Below are positions 19,635 to 29,783 of a stretch of DNA of 64,000 nucleotides, piece by piece. Within the stretch, counting starts at the first letter, position 1; each line of letters opens with the position of its first letter. The stretch lies in the UHGV virus genome UHGV-1374678; one strand, given 5' to 3'. The notes under the pieces were generated by a model that was given only the letters and a program-made list of their open reading frames with translations, had not been told where the DNA came from and ran no database searches. The position numbers and the translations under genes are program-made. Source of the DNA: a virus.

Positions 19635-19913
19635 TTACGATTCGCTTTTATCATCATTCTCTCCAGATTCAATATACTGCTTAAATAACTGGTGCATTCC
19701 AGTAGAAGCCAACCCACTAACCAAACCAGATAAAATTACCTCTGGTGTAAGCTGCCATGCGTTAATCCAAAGTGCCAATATAATACCAACAACCGCAACT
19801 AATGTTGGAATGTATTTATTGTCTACATCCTTAATCCATTTCTTAATAACATAGCCAAGACATAAACAAATACCTACAACGATCGGCATCATATAAGTGT
19901 TTAAAAATTCCAT
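19635..19913 (-). CDS. holin-like small membrane protein
   Basis: 92 aa with two TM helices (IVVGICLCLGYVI, VAVVGIILALWINAW) and a charged C-terminus. Confidence 0.45.
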   Translation of the reverse strand: MEFLNTYMMPIVVGICLCLGYVIKKWIKDVDNKYIPTLVAVVGIILALWINAWQLTPEVILSGLVSGLASTGMHQLFKQYIESGENDDKSES

Positions 19914-19941
19914 TTCTTTTCCCTCGTTTCTTTAAAAATAA

Positions 19942-20205
19942 CTAACAGTTTTCTTTTATTAATTCGTAACTGATAACAACAGGAACAACTAACAATTCAT
20001 TATCTGTCATTCCAGTATCTCTATAATAATAATGTATATATTCGCTTGCTAATTGACTTCCCATAAACTTAGTTGCTGCTTCTATATTTTTTACAAAACA
20101 ATATGAATCTGTGGGCAATCTTTTCAAATAACATCCGTCCATATTTGCAATTACGAATTTTTTAATTCTTCTCTCTATATATTTATCCATTTTACTCCAA
20201 CTCAT
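19942..20205 (-). CDS. hypothetical protein
   Basis: ORF. Confidence 0.35.
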   Translation of the reverse strand: MSWSKMDKYIERRIKKFVIANMDGCYLKRLPTDSYCFVKNIEAATKFMGSQLASEYIHYYYRDTGMTDNELLVVPVVISYELIKENC

Positions 20206-20416
20206 AATTACACCATAATCTGTACAATTCTTCAGATTCTTTTCTTGAAAAAATCATTACAATAATATCATTTCCAGTTCTTTGATCAATGCTTGTATAA
20301 ATATCAATTGGATATACATTATTTTTAATATATAGTAACTGTTGTTTTTGATTCACAATCCTACACACGTCCTTTAAACAATAGTCGTGTGATTTTAAAT
20401 GTGTGTTTACCTTCAT
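20192..20416 (-). CDS. hypothetical protein
   Basis: ORF. Confidence 0.35.
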   Translation of the reverse strand: MKVNTHLKSHDYCLKDVCRIVNQKQQLLYIKNNVYPIDIYTSIDQRTGNDIIVMIFSRKESEELYRLWCNYELE

Positions 20417-20419
20417 CCT

Positions 20420-20490
20420 TTTTCTCCTAATGTCAGTGAAAAATCGTAAAAAATAGGGATATAAAAAATGAATAGTTCATTCTCTATATC
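20420..20490 (-). terminator. rho-independent terminator (TAGGGATATA...TATATCCCTA hairpin followed by a U-run on the minus strand)
   Basis: 10-bp stem inverted repeat followed by TTTTTTACGATTTTT on the minus strand. Confidence 0.5.
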
Positions 20491-20541
20491 CCTATTAAAA
20501 ATCACTATTCACTATTATTTATTCAGATTTTAGAATCTGAC

Positions 20542-20904
20542 TTACTCTGCCTTTTTACGAACATTTCTTGCTTTAGACGGAGTTTTATTATCTTCATCCT
20601 TTGCAATATGTTCGTCAATATTTTTTGTTGTATTGTCGTCTTTCAAAATTTCGGAAAGTGCATTTTTAACACTATTTTCAAAATTATCCTTGTCGGACAA
20701 ATCACATTTTGAAATCATCTTCTTTGCAATTTCCTTAGAATATACGTTTCCAATATAACCCGATGCAATTTTATAAATTTCTCTACAATTATCATCATGG
20801 AATATAAACATCCATGTTGGTTTTGAAGAATCATTTGCACAGTTTGGGCAGTAGTAATATTCTTTCCCGCAGACAATACATTTTCTTGCAATTTTTCTAC
20901 TCAT
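20542..20904 (-). CDS. zinc-ribbon protein (CIVCG...CPNC)
   Basis: ORF with a Cys4 motif. Confidence 0.45.
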   Translation of the reverse strand: MSRKIARKCIVCGKEYYYCPNCANDSSKPTWMFIFHDDNCREIYKIASGYIGNVYSKEIAKKMISKCDLSDKDNFENSVKNALSEILKDDNTTKNIDEHIAKDEDNKTPSKARNVRKKAE

Positions 20905-20965
20905 AAAACTCCTTTTAAATAGAGTCCAGTCGAAAAACCAGACTCTATGTTATATTAATATTATC

Positions 20966-21760
20966 TTACTCGTCCTCTTCTACATCATCTTCTGCCATAT
21001 AGAATTCATATAAAGATTTGTCAGTAGAGCAGTAGTTGACCTGAAGATCACCTTTGTACTCGATCTGAGACTCTGTTGTTAATTCAAGAGAAATCTCCGG
21101 AGATACCTGGAATGACGGAAGAACGATATAACAAGCACGAAGAGTGTCCTGAGTACAAGGGTCTACACAAAGAGCCTTAAGAGTCAGCTTAACAGTCTTA
21201 GGGAACTTATCCGCTTTATTCTTAATAACAATTCCGCTTGTTACCTTTCTGTCATATTTAACAACATAAAGTTCAACATCAGTATCTGTAGGTGCTGTAA
21301 ATTTGTTTCCATCTGTTACATAACCAAATGCTGTTGCAGAAGCAGAAGCTGCCTGAGTATAAGTTTTTCCCATTGTTCCATTGGCACAATACTCACTTAC
21401 CTGAATAGATCCTTCTACTGCATCCTTCAGAACAAGATCTTTTGTACCCTTGGCAACAGTCATAATCTTAGGCATTACGGAAGGACTTTCTGTACTTGCC
21501 TGTTCAACACCACTACCAGCAGCAGCACCAATTACATTAACATTAACCATTGCATTGTTTGCAGTATATGTACCAGTCTTTCCTTTCCAGAAACGTTTTA
21601 CAAGTGTTCCATCCTTGTCTGTAGCATCCTTGGATTCAGCAGAAATTTCAATTGTTGAATCTGCAAGCTGAGAAAGTGTGTACAGTGGTGTACCACTCAG
21701 AGTCTCTGCATAACCCATCTGAATTCTATCAATGATAATATCACCTAATTTGAAACTCAT
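20966..21760 (-). CDS. putative major tail protein
   Basis: 264 aa, Ser/Thr/Gly-rich and beta-rich, acidic C-terminal tail; position is after the head genes. Confidence 0.4.
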   Translation of the reverse strand: MSFKLGDIIIDRIQMGYAETLSGTPLYTLSQLADSTIEISAESKDATDKDGTLVKRFWKGKTGTYTANNAMVNVNVIGAAAGSGVEQASTESPSVMPKIMTVAKGTKDLVLKDAVEGSIQVSEYCANGTMGKTYTQAASASATAFGYVTDGNKFTAPTDTDVELYVVKYDRKVTSGIVIKNKADKFPKTVKLTLKALCVDPCTQDTLRACYIVLPSFQVSPEISLELTTESQIEYKGDLQVNYCSTDKSLYEFYMAEDDVEEDE

Positions 21761-21797
21761 ATTGTTTCCTCCTTTAAAAAAATTTAATAAAAAAAGA

Positions 21798-22571
21798 CTA
21801 AGAAGAAATATCTCTTAGCCAATTTGTTCTTTCACTTAATTCAGTTTTGCTTAATTTCGATGTATCCATAAAACCAGAATACATCCCACCTAGAAACGCT
21901 CGGCATTGTTCATAAATTTGTAGTCTGTTTACACTGTCCATGAATTCAACGATGCCAACATTTCGTAAATCTTTTGTTGAATATTTAAATCCGGGATGAT
22001 TGACCAATGCGGAAATAAGAGGTAACAAATAAGAAGAAGATCCTTTCTTTTTGTTTCTTTTCTTATTTTCCAAATTCATTTTGTCTTCATCTATGATTGC
22101 TTGTTTTGTTAATTTCCCCTTTGCTTTTTCAACTTTTGGATGTCGATCAAACATTTTTTTTAAATATTGAGAAATATAATAATAAGTCATTTCATTTATA
22201 ACTTCATTTCCTTCAGAATCATACAAAGAAATTTGTTCATCTGCATCTTTGTAAGGAATTAACTTTGAAAAATCATATCCATCAAATACTAATTTAGTTA
22301 TTTTTGGTGTAAGAGCAGGATAAAACATTAAGAATAATTGATAATCAGATATTTTATTCCAGTCAACACCTACTTCCCATAACTGTAATCTATGTGTAGT
22401 TGAATTACTTACAAACGGCATAATGGACGATTCTACATTCATTTCTCCAAAAGTAACAATGTCACCTATGGTTGGCTGTTTTATTGTTAAATAATCAGAG
22501 ACAACCAAATCTTCCGCAAAATACATTTTTAGCTCATCAAAGTCAAAATGATAATTACTATCGTTTGACAT
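21798..22571 (-). CDS. hypothetical structural protein
   Basis: Start overlaps the neighbour stop at 22571 (ATGA coupling). Confidence 0.45.
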   Translation of the reverse strand: MSNDSNYHFDFDELKMYFAEDLVVSDYLTIKQPTIGDIVTFGEMNVESSIMPFVSNSTTHRLQLWEVGVDWNKISDYQLFLMFYPALTPKITKLVFDGYDFSKLIPYKDADEQISLYDSEGNEVINEMTYYYISQYLKKMFDRHPKVEKAKGKLTKQAIIDEDKMNLENKKRNKKKGSSSYLLPLISALVNHPGFKYSTKDLRNVGIVEFMDSVNRLQIYEQCRAFLGGMYSGFMDTSKLSKTELSERTNWLRDISS

Positions 22572-23197
22572 TATTTGTTCACCATTTGGTTAATAACACG
22601 AGTCTGTAAATTTGATGAGCGAATATTAGAATTCGGGAGTGTTGCCTGAAAAACCAAAGTTCTTGTAATATATGCGGAATCCATAGTGGCTTCTTTATTC
22701 TTTATTAAATGACACTGTAATCCTAAAATATTAGACCAATTAAATTTTTCTCTTATAATAGAAGCTACAAGATCATGACGTGGAATCCCACTTAATTTAT
22801 CTATAGGATCAGCACCATTTATAAAAATATTAAATGTTAAATAACAATATTTTTCTATTGTATTGTATCTGGGAGAACTGTCAAAAGACATTTGATAACA
22901 TAAGATGTGATCGACCTCTTCCTGGGCTTGTGGTATATGTAAAAATGGTCTTATATTAGAACTTCTTCCAAAATACAAATCCCAGGCACCATCATAATTG
23001 ATTGTCCCGTCAGAGCAAAAGAGTTCTGAATCTAAAGAAACATTATGAATGGCGTATAATAATTCAGGACATTTTAAAAGGCTGTCTTTTACCTTATCTT
23101 TATAATGAATATTGTCATCGTCGCAGGATGTTTTATATGCCCTGAGTTTATTTAATAATTGTTCTTTTGTTTGCAATTGTTCTTCTTTTAACTTCAA
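22571..23197 (-). CDS. hypothetical structural protein
   Basis: ORF. Confidence 0.45.
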   Translation of the reverse strand: MKLKEEQLQTKEQLLNKLRAYKTSCDDDNIHYKDKVKDSLLKCPELLYAIHNVSLDSELFCSDGTINYDGAWDLYFGRSSNIRPFLHIPQAQEEVDHILCYQMSFDSSPRYNTIEKYCYLTFNIFINGADPIDKLSGIPRHDLVASIIREKFNWSNILGLQCHLIKNKEATMDSAYITRTLVFQATLPNSNIRSSNLQTRVINQMVNK

Positions 23198-23210
23198 GCC
23201 ATATCCCTCC

Positions 23211-24422
23211 TTACGACGTAATTTCCATCAAAAAATTGCATTCATTATTTTGAACTTTACATTTAATATTCAACAATTTTGTGAGATAACTTGAATTGTT
23301 ACCAAGCTTTATTTTTATTTCATTTATTTTTAATTGTTCTTTCCAAACAACGTAATCATTTGATGTAAAATCAACACCATCAATTTCGCATGACCAAACA
23401 GGAGAGAAATCTTCTAAAGTATCTGTTATATCTGTATTTGAACTGTCATAGGCATGAACAGACAGAGTTCTATAACTTCCATTATTTTTTATTTGGTTAG
23501 TAGAGCATAGAATTTTGTAGGAAATGTCTGGAATCGTGGATGCAGTGTCTTTTTCTGGAATGATACTCTGAGAATAATAGTCAGCATACATTTCGTGTGT
23601 TTCCAAATTAACATAATCCGTCTCTCGGTTAAATACATCCTGGTCTAATGTAATCCTAATAATCCCCAATGGCTTTGTTCTTTCAATTTTACTTACCTGC
23701 CAAGCAAGAGGTTCTTCACAAAATACATCCATTAAAATTCTTTGATTGTCTTTTCTTCCATTTTTATATCTTATTTTTTCTGTAATAGGATTAATTGGAA
23801 GCCATACTTTCTGAATATCATCAGGTGTTGTAAAGTAATTGTCCGTCCAACGTCCAGACGTATAGTTATTCATTGCACGAGAAACACACCACATTTGCCT
23901 TTTAATTCTTGAAGTTCCAGTGTCTTCAATCCACTGCAAAAAATAATCACAAGGAAGAATAAAATACTTAATAAATTGGTTTCCTTTTTCTCTCCAACAA
24001 ATTAACCATTTTTCATATACACCTTTATCATTTGGAATATCTATCCACATTCCAATTGGGAATTTAACGCCATAACGATTAGCAACATCAGTCTGATAAT
24101 AATATAAAGAATCACCCTCTAAAAAAGTATCCTTCTGACTTGGACGAAACATCAAGTGGTATGACACTTGGTCTTTAGATATCGAACCATATTCAGACAC
24201 AATAAATTTTGCGTCGATTGGTGTTTTTGTTGTATTTTCATACATCATATTTGAAGCTAGTTCTGGATGATCATCGTGAAAATAATCATAAATATAACAA
24301 CGTTTTGACTGCGGATCATTCCACCAAGTTTCTTCCATTGCATAATCTGATATCTCTTTAATTTGTTGTCCGACTGTTCCATAATGTGCATATCTTTTTT
24401 TCATATCAGCAAAAGAAGGCAT
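23211..24422 (-). CDS. hypothetical 403-aa structural protein (sheath- or tail-like?)
   Basis: ORF. Confidence 0.45.
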   Translation of the reverse strand: MPSFADMKKRYAHYGTVGQQIKEISDYAMEETWWNDPQSKRCYIYDYFHDDHPELASNMMYENTTKTPIDAKFIVSEYGSISKDQVSYHLMFRPSQKDTFLEGDSLYYYQTDVANRYGVKFPIGMWIDIPNDKGVYEKWLICWREKGNQFIKYFILPCDYFLQWIEDTGTSRIKRQMWCVSRAMNNYTSGRWTDNYFTTPDDIQKVWLPINPITEKIRYKNGRKDNQRILMDVFCEEPLAWQVSKIERTKPLGIIRITLDQDVFNRETDYVNLETHEMYADYYSQSIIPEKDTASTIPDISYKILCSTNQIKNNGSYRTLSVHAYDSSNTDITDTLEDFSPVWSCEIDGVDFTSNDYVVWKEQLKINEIKIKLGNNSSYLTKLLNIKCKVQNNECNFLMEITS

Positions 24423-24755
24423 TTAATCAACCTCCTTTATTTTTAATACTTCAGCACCAGCGTCAAGCACTAATTTTCGATATACTTCATATTGAAAACA
24501 CTGACTGTTATATTGATTTTGAGCAGCCTTTAATAAACACATAACTTCTACAATTTCCTGTGGAAAAAATAGAAGAGTGTTAAATCCGTCAAGTTTGTAC
24601 AATAAACAATCGAACGCTTTATTTACGTCAACGTTAACATAATCACTTGCCGTGTTTGGATCAACACATAGCAATAAGAAATATATTGATCTGCGTAATT
24701 TGTTTTTGGTTTTAATTATTTGTCGTTTGGAAAATTCTCCGTAAAGGTGTTTCAT
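24423..24755 (-). CDS. hypothetical head-tail joining protein
   Basis: ORF coupled to its neighbours. Confidence 0.4.
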   Translation of the reverse strand: MKHLYGEFSKRQIIKTKNKLRRSIYFLLLCVDPNTASDYVNVDVNKAFDCLLYKLDGFNTLLFFPQEIVEVMCLLKAAQNQYNSQCFQYEVYRKLVLDAGAEVLKIKEVD

Positions 24756-25210
24756 TATTCACCTCCGGATAAATAAGAATTATATTCGTAACCATAATCA
24801 CGAATATATTTTTTTAGATTAATTTCTAGTGAATCAAGTCGTTCTATATTCGACTTGTAATTTGACTGTATTTTTTTTTCTTCTTTTCCACCAATAATAT
24901 TTGCAAGATTAATAACATTGTCAATCTGCGGTTTTTGCCATTGGATAACCATTTGTTGGGCAAATACACTCAAAACAAATTCTTTGTCAGAATCTTCATC
25001 AATAGAATTTTCTAATTCAAATGTCAATTCTTCCATTTCATCATCCAACGTTATAGAAGAAAAAATCTTTCTAATACATGGAATAGAAATTGCATCATGT
25101 ATCCAACCACTCATTAAATTATAAGCAAAATCTTCATCCTGCTTATAAAAAGATGGATCAGTCATCAGTCTATAAAAACGACTATATATTTCTTCATAAT
25201 CGCAGGTCAT
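24755..25210 (-). CDS. hypothetical head-tail joining protein
   Basis: ORF. Confidence 0.4.
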   Translation of the reverse strand: MTCDYEEIYSRFYRLMTDPSFYKQDEDFAYNLMSGWIHDAISIPCIRKIFSSITLDDEMEELTFELENSIDEDSDKEFVLSVFAQQMVIQWQKPQIDNVINLANIIGGKEEKKIQSNYKSNIERLDSLEINLKKYIRDYGYEYNSYLSGGE

Positions 25211-25231
25211 ATTTCACCTCCGATCACTTAT

Positions 25232-25888
25232 TTACATTTTAAGGTCAAAGCGAGTACCGCAAATGTCATCAATGATTTTCGCTTTGTTATACTGTTCAAA
25301 AGTTCCGTTTTCAATCTGTGTAGCATACATAGAAATAATTGTCTCTTTCGCAACAGATGGTAGCTGCTGAAATGCAATCCTGAAATCAGAAGTTGAAAGA
25401 CTCATAATCTTTTTAATATCATTTTCATCAAACATATTCTCATAAAGATTTTTGATCTCATACCAATGTTCATCATTGACTAAATTTTCATCATCAATAA
25501 TTACATCAGGATTAAAGAGAGAATCAGTATGTTCAAGCATCGCTGCCTTTAAATCCTGATATTCAATATTTCTACGATCACCCGCTCCAACAAATTTATA
25601 TGTCATTCCGGTATGTTTTCCATAAAAATGAAGAACGCCAGGAAAAACAGAATGACACGGAATCATTTCATCCGGACGATAATCACTATCTTTGCGGATA
25701 GATTTCTTTTCTTTTTCTTCCTGCTCTTTTTTAGTTTTTTCTTCGTCAATCTTCAGAATAACATTGTTAATCTGCTCATCTGTTAAATTGGACACTGGTG
25801 CAATTTTTTTGTCAGAACCATCATTAAGGATATCTGTAATTACGGAACTTTTTACACCAAGCTCTTTTCCTAACTCATATACTTTCAT
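25232..25888 (-). CDS. hypothetical protein
   Basis: ORF. Confidence 0.45.
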   Translation of the reverse strand: MKVYELGKELGVKSSVITDILNDGSDKKIAPVSNLTDEQINNVILKIDEEKTKKEQEEKEKKSIRKDSDYRPDEMIPCHSVFPGVLHFYGKHTGMTYKFVGAGDRRNIEYQDLKAAMLEHTDSLFNPDVIIDDENLVNDEHWYEIKNLYENMFDENDIKKIMSLSTSDFRIAFQQLPSVAKETIISMYATQIENGTFEQYNKAKIIDDICGTRFDLKM

Positions 25889-25955
25889 TTCATTATCCTT
25901 TCACTCATAAAAATAGGAGAGCAACAATAAGCTCCCCTATTAACATTAAATTTAA

Positions 25956-27065
25956 TTATGACTGGAATGTCCAAACTCCAAATCTGCGATTTGTAACAGT
26001 CTCTACACCCATGCAAGACTTGAACTCGTATTCCTTTGTGTCGTCAGCATTGTCGCCAATCTCTGAACGCTCAACAATTTCGTCTGCACCTTCATAATAG
26101 AATTTAACGAACTTATCAATGTTACCCGGCATGATGATAACCTTTGTATCATCTTCAAGGTAGCTTGTCTCGTCGTTGTAATCAAATGGATTTGGAAGTT
26201 CAACAATTGTTGTTCCTTCAAACGTTCCAATACGACCAAACTTATATACATCATTCTTTGCTTCCTCAGAAATCCAATTAACATCAGCAAAGCCAGTAAG
26301 TTCACCAAGCCCAACTTCTGTTCCCATGATTACAACATCAGATCCATTTGCCCGCTTAACGTCAGAAATCAGACCCTTGAATGATTTCTTGTTTGCTGCA
26401 TTTGCAAGACCTTTCTGGTTCCATTTGGACTGTACCGGAAGGCTCTTAACCGCACCCATAACCTGATCATGAATCATTCTGTTTACATGAATTGTAAATG
26501 CCCGTGAAATTGCATCAATCAGTTCGTTCCAGTCTTCAACACCCTGAAGGAATCTTGTCATCTCCATGTATACAGCAGCACCGTAGTAAGCTGTTGATAC
26601 AGATCTTTCTGTTCCTTTTCCGAGTCTCTGACGCTCAACATTGTGATGTCCAGCAGAAATCTTAGATACATTAAGGATCAGATTGTCTGCTTTAATATAG
26701 AAAGAGTTCTTCTGTCCGAGAACTGCTGTCTTAAAATCAACATACTTATTGAACCAAGGATCATTTGTCCATCCTGTAATAAGTGTCTGGTCAAGTGTCT
26801 CCTCAAGAATCTCAAATACAGCTTCTCTAATTGCTGTCTTCTTGAAAGCTTTTTTGATATGACGCTCCGTTGGATTCTCCGGAAGTCCCATTACTTCTTT
26901 AATTTTTTCTCTAATTACAGTATTAGCCTGTGCAACAGTCTGTCCCTGAAGCTGATTTTTATATGTATCAATACATACCTTTCCAAAAGTATGAACATCT
27001 TTCAGGTCTTTAAAATGTGCCTGTACACCTTCACTGTATTCACTAAAATATAATTTTCTAGACAT
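25956..27065 (-). CDS. putative major capsid protein
   Basis: 369 aa, placed after the protease/scaffold gene; order is portal, protease, small protein, then this gene. Confidence 0.5.
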   Translation of the reverse strand: MSRKLYFSEYSEGVQAHFKDLKDVHTFGKVCIDTYKNQLQGQTVAQANTVIREKIKEVMGLPENPTERHIKKAFKKTAIREAVFEILEETLDQTLITGWTNDPWFNKYVDFKTAVLGQKNSFYIKADNLILNVSKISAGHHNVERQRLGKGTERSVSTAYYGAAVYMEMTRFLQGVEDWNELIDAISRAFTIHVNRMIHDQVMGAVKSLPVQSKWNQKGLANAANKKSFKGLISDVKRANGSDVVIMGTEVGLGELTGFADVNWISEEAKNDVYKFGRIGTFEGTTIVELPNPFDYNDETSYLEDDTKVIIMPGNIDKFVKFYYEGADEIVERSEIGDNADDTKEYEFKSCMGVETVTNRRFGVWTFQS

Positions 27066-27085
27066 AATATATATTACCTCCCCTC

Positions 27086-27619
27086 TTAGACTGCTTTATT
27101 CTGCTTAACGAAAATATCAAAAGTTCCATTTGCATTAACTTTTAAAATATATCCAATAAAACCTGCCTCTGTAGCAGTTGGTGCAGTTGTATCGGTTGTA
27201 AGCTTATAAGAATCAGCTTTTACCTTCACATATGCACCTTTCTTTGGCTCTGCATCAGTATCAAAAGCGTCTTTGCTAAGAGAAAATCTATCTCCCTCAT
27301 AAACTTCATAACATCTCATTACTTCGCCAGCTGCATTATAGAAATTGCTCTCATCCTGCATAAGCTTTGTATATTCTGGATAAATTTTCGGCACTGTAAG
27401 AACCAGTACAATCTTATCCTTTACCCCTGCCTTTACAGCTTCGAAATAATCATTCTCTTTCCATTTCTCCGGTGTAGGATTCTGAAGAACACTTCCATTG
27501 TCAATGTCTTCTGTGCCTACAACGTTATAAAAATGTCCACCACTTTTTGTAGCCAGCATAAGAGTTGACTCTGCAACACCGTGACCACCGTATTCAAATT
27601 TGTCAAAAATACTTGCCAT
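27086..27619 (-). CDS. hypothetical head protein (decoration or scaffold?)
   Basis: ORF. Confidence 0.4.
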   Translation of the reverse strand: MASIFDKFEYGGHGVAESTLMLATKSGGHFYNVVGTEDIDNGSVLQNPTPEKWKENDYFEAVKAGVKDKIVLVLTVPKIYPEYTKLMQDESNFYNAAGEVMRCYEVYEGDRFSLSKDAFDTDAEPKKGAYVKVKADSYKLTTDTTAPTATEAGFIGYILKVNANGTFDIFVKQNKAV

Positions 27620-27692
27620 TATTTGATTCCTCCTTAAAAAAATTTAATAAAAAAAAGAACCTATATTCAGGTTCTAAATCTGTTTGTTTTTA

Positions 27693-29285
27693 TTAATGCG
27701 TTGATTTAAAATAATCACCATAAATGCTATCTTCAGCAGAGTCAGCATCGGTAAAGATTGCTACAGAATTTTTACGTTTCTTTGTAACATTTACATTGTT
27801 GTCTGCCGCAAAAGTAGTCTTCTTCTTTGCCTTACAGATACGTCCAAAAGCTGCATCAGCCTTTTCTTTCAATTCTTCCTTGGAATATTTCTTGAGAGTT
27901 TCTTTAGACATAAGAGATTTAAATTCTTCTGTCTCCAGACAGTCTGCATAATCTTCATCATCAAATATTGTAATTTTATCTGCAAGTTCCTCTGCCTCTT
28001 CGTATTTTGCCAGTTTTTCTGTAATAGAAGAGTAGTTGACTCTCATTGTCTGAAGTTCCGCATATTCTTCCTCTGTCAAATATTCTTTGACGAGAACATA
28101 TCTTTCTCCGTCGAATGTAACTACGTTATCATTATCTACAGTATATTTCTGACCGTAGATTTTTCCGCCATCCCAATTTTCATAAACAAAATAAGAATCA
28201 TATACATTTGTAATGTAATACCAGTCATTATCATTTTCTTCAACTGCTGACAAAAGATTGTATAAAGCGTATTTGATGTCTTCATGACTAACTTCAAAAG
28301 TTCTCACCATATTTTCAAACTGTTCTGTTACGTCACCGTCTGTATCACCATCTTCACTGGATTTAGGTTCAGAATTATCAGTGGAGGATTCCTCAACTGT
28401 TTCCTCGGACTCTTCTTCTGGATTAGTTACTTCCTCTTCAGACTCTTCTGTGTCAGTTACCTCCTCAGTAGTAACTTCCTCTTCAAAGTTTTCTTTATTC
28501 AATTCGGTTCCTCCTTTCATATAATTTTCTTTTTCTATATTGAAACAAGTTGCCTCTAATTTTTTGAGCCTTTCTTGCATTTCAATTAATTGTTCTGAAT
28601 AATCAATAGTTTCTCGCTTGCTAAAATCTGCTATATCAAGTCTGCTTCCAAGCATTCCTTCCCCTATAGCTTCTCCTAACAAAGTAATTCCTGTGAACGA
28701 AAAATCATTAATAACAAGAACTTTGTCTTTTGCAGACCATGCCATATCATAGATTTCAAGCTCTACAGAAACTTTTGTCCCATTTTTTCTTTTAATTATG
28801 TCAGAAGTTTCATTTCCGTAATAATTAAAAATATATCCGTCAACGATTGTATATGTCTTATCTTGATCTTCGTCATATTCTAAATGGATGTTATTTGTTT
28901 CAGGAATAATTCCAACTGGCTTTTCTATATAATGAGTGTATTCTTCTCCATTTTCATCTGATTCGAGAGTAAACGAATGACTGCCAAAATCTTTCTCTCC
29001 ATTTTCACCATCAATAATTTCCGCCAGAATTGGTTTATTTGAAAATGTTGGGAATGCTTTTTTCATTACTTCTTCTGTAATTTTCGAATTATTTCTATTA
29101 ACTCCACAATGACATGCTTTTAAAGTAACAGACATAAGAGATGGATCAGAATTCTCAGAATAAGAGATATTTCCGAATGTATTTACAACAATTGGTTTTC
29201 CAGTTTCTTTTGAACTAAAATGTGATAATTTATTTTTTTTACAATAATCAATAAGACTATCTATAGTTAATATTCGATTGTCCAT
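27693..29285 (-). CDS. putative prohead protease / scaffolding fusion protein
   Basis: 530 aa with an acidic E/T-rich linker (EESEEEVTNPEEESEETVEE) and a coiled-coil C-terminus; sits downstream of the portal. Confidence 0.4.
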   Translation of the reverse strand: MDNRILTIDSLIDYCKKNKLSHFSSKETGKPIVVNTFGNISYSENSDPSLMSVTLKACHCGVNRNNSKITEEVMKKAFPTFSNKPILAEIIDGENGEKDFGSHSFTLESDENGEEYTHYIEKPVGIIPETNNIHLEYDEDQDKTYTIVDGYIFNYYGNETSDIIKRKNGTKVSVELEIYDMAWSAKDKVLVINDFSFTGITLLGEAIGEGMLGSRLDIADFSKRETIDYSEQLIEMQERLKKLEATCFNIEKENYMKGGTELNKENFEEEVTTEEVTDTEESEEEVTNPEEESEETVEESSTDNSEPKSSEDGDTDGDVTEQFENMVRTFEVSHEDIKYALYNLLSAVEENDNDWYYITNVYDSYFVYENWDGGKIYGQKYTVDNDNVVTFDGERYVLVKEYLTEEEYAELQTMRVNYSSITEKLAKYEEAEELADKITIFDDEDYADCLETEEFKSLMSKETLKKYSKEELKEKADAAFGRICKAKKKTTFAADNNVNVTKKRKNSVAIFTDADSAEDSIYGDYFKSTH

Positions 29286-29589
29286 TTTTGTATATCAGTA
29301 CCTCCCTTCTTTACAAAATAAAACATCCAATGTTTAAAACATCGGATGTTATCTACAATAATTTTTATCATTTATAGTATTTATAAGAAGATATATGTAA
29401 CCCTCATACATACCTGTTTCTTTATTAAAACTCACGAATTCCTCCTTTTATGGAGGTAGAGATAGGAGAGTGTGAAAACCGTCCTATATAACTCTTTATC
29501 AGATTGTCCATCTGACCTTATTTCTATATTCTCTAAATTTTGGTATAAAAATAAGCATAAGAAAAGAGTTGCATATTAATTTGCAACCC

Positions 29590-29769
29590 TTAGATAAACA
29601 ATATATTGCTATACTGAATATTTTTTAAATCAATTTCATCTGAGAATTTGATCTTATTTGTATTTAGAAAAGTAAAAAAACCATTTGTGTCATCAACCAG
29701 TTGAAAGCCCAATTTCATGAGCGTTTCAGCAGTCTTTTTATCTATGACTTTTATAAATCTCTTGTTCAT
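29590..29769 (-). CDS. small hypothetical protein (59 aa)
   Basis: MNKRFIKVIDKKTAETLMKLGFQLVDD...; found in the 500-bp gap after the portal; below the track length cutoff. Confidence 0.3.
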   Translation of the reverse strand: MNKRFIKVIDKKTAETLMKLGFQLVDDTNGFFTFLNTNKIKFSDEIDLKNIQYSNILFI

Positions 29770-29783
29770 AAAATCAGTCCTTT

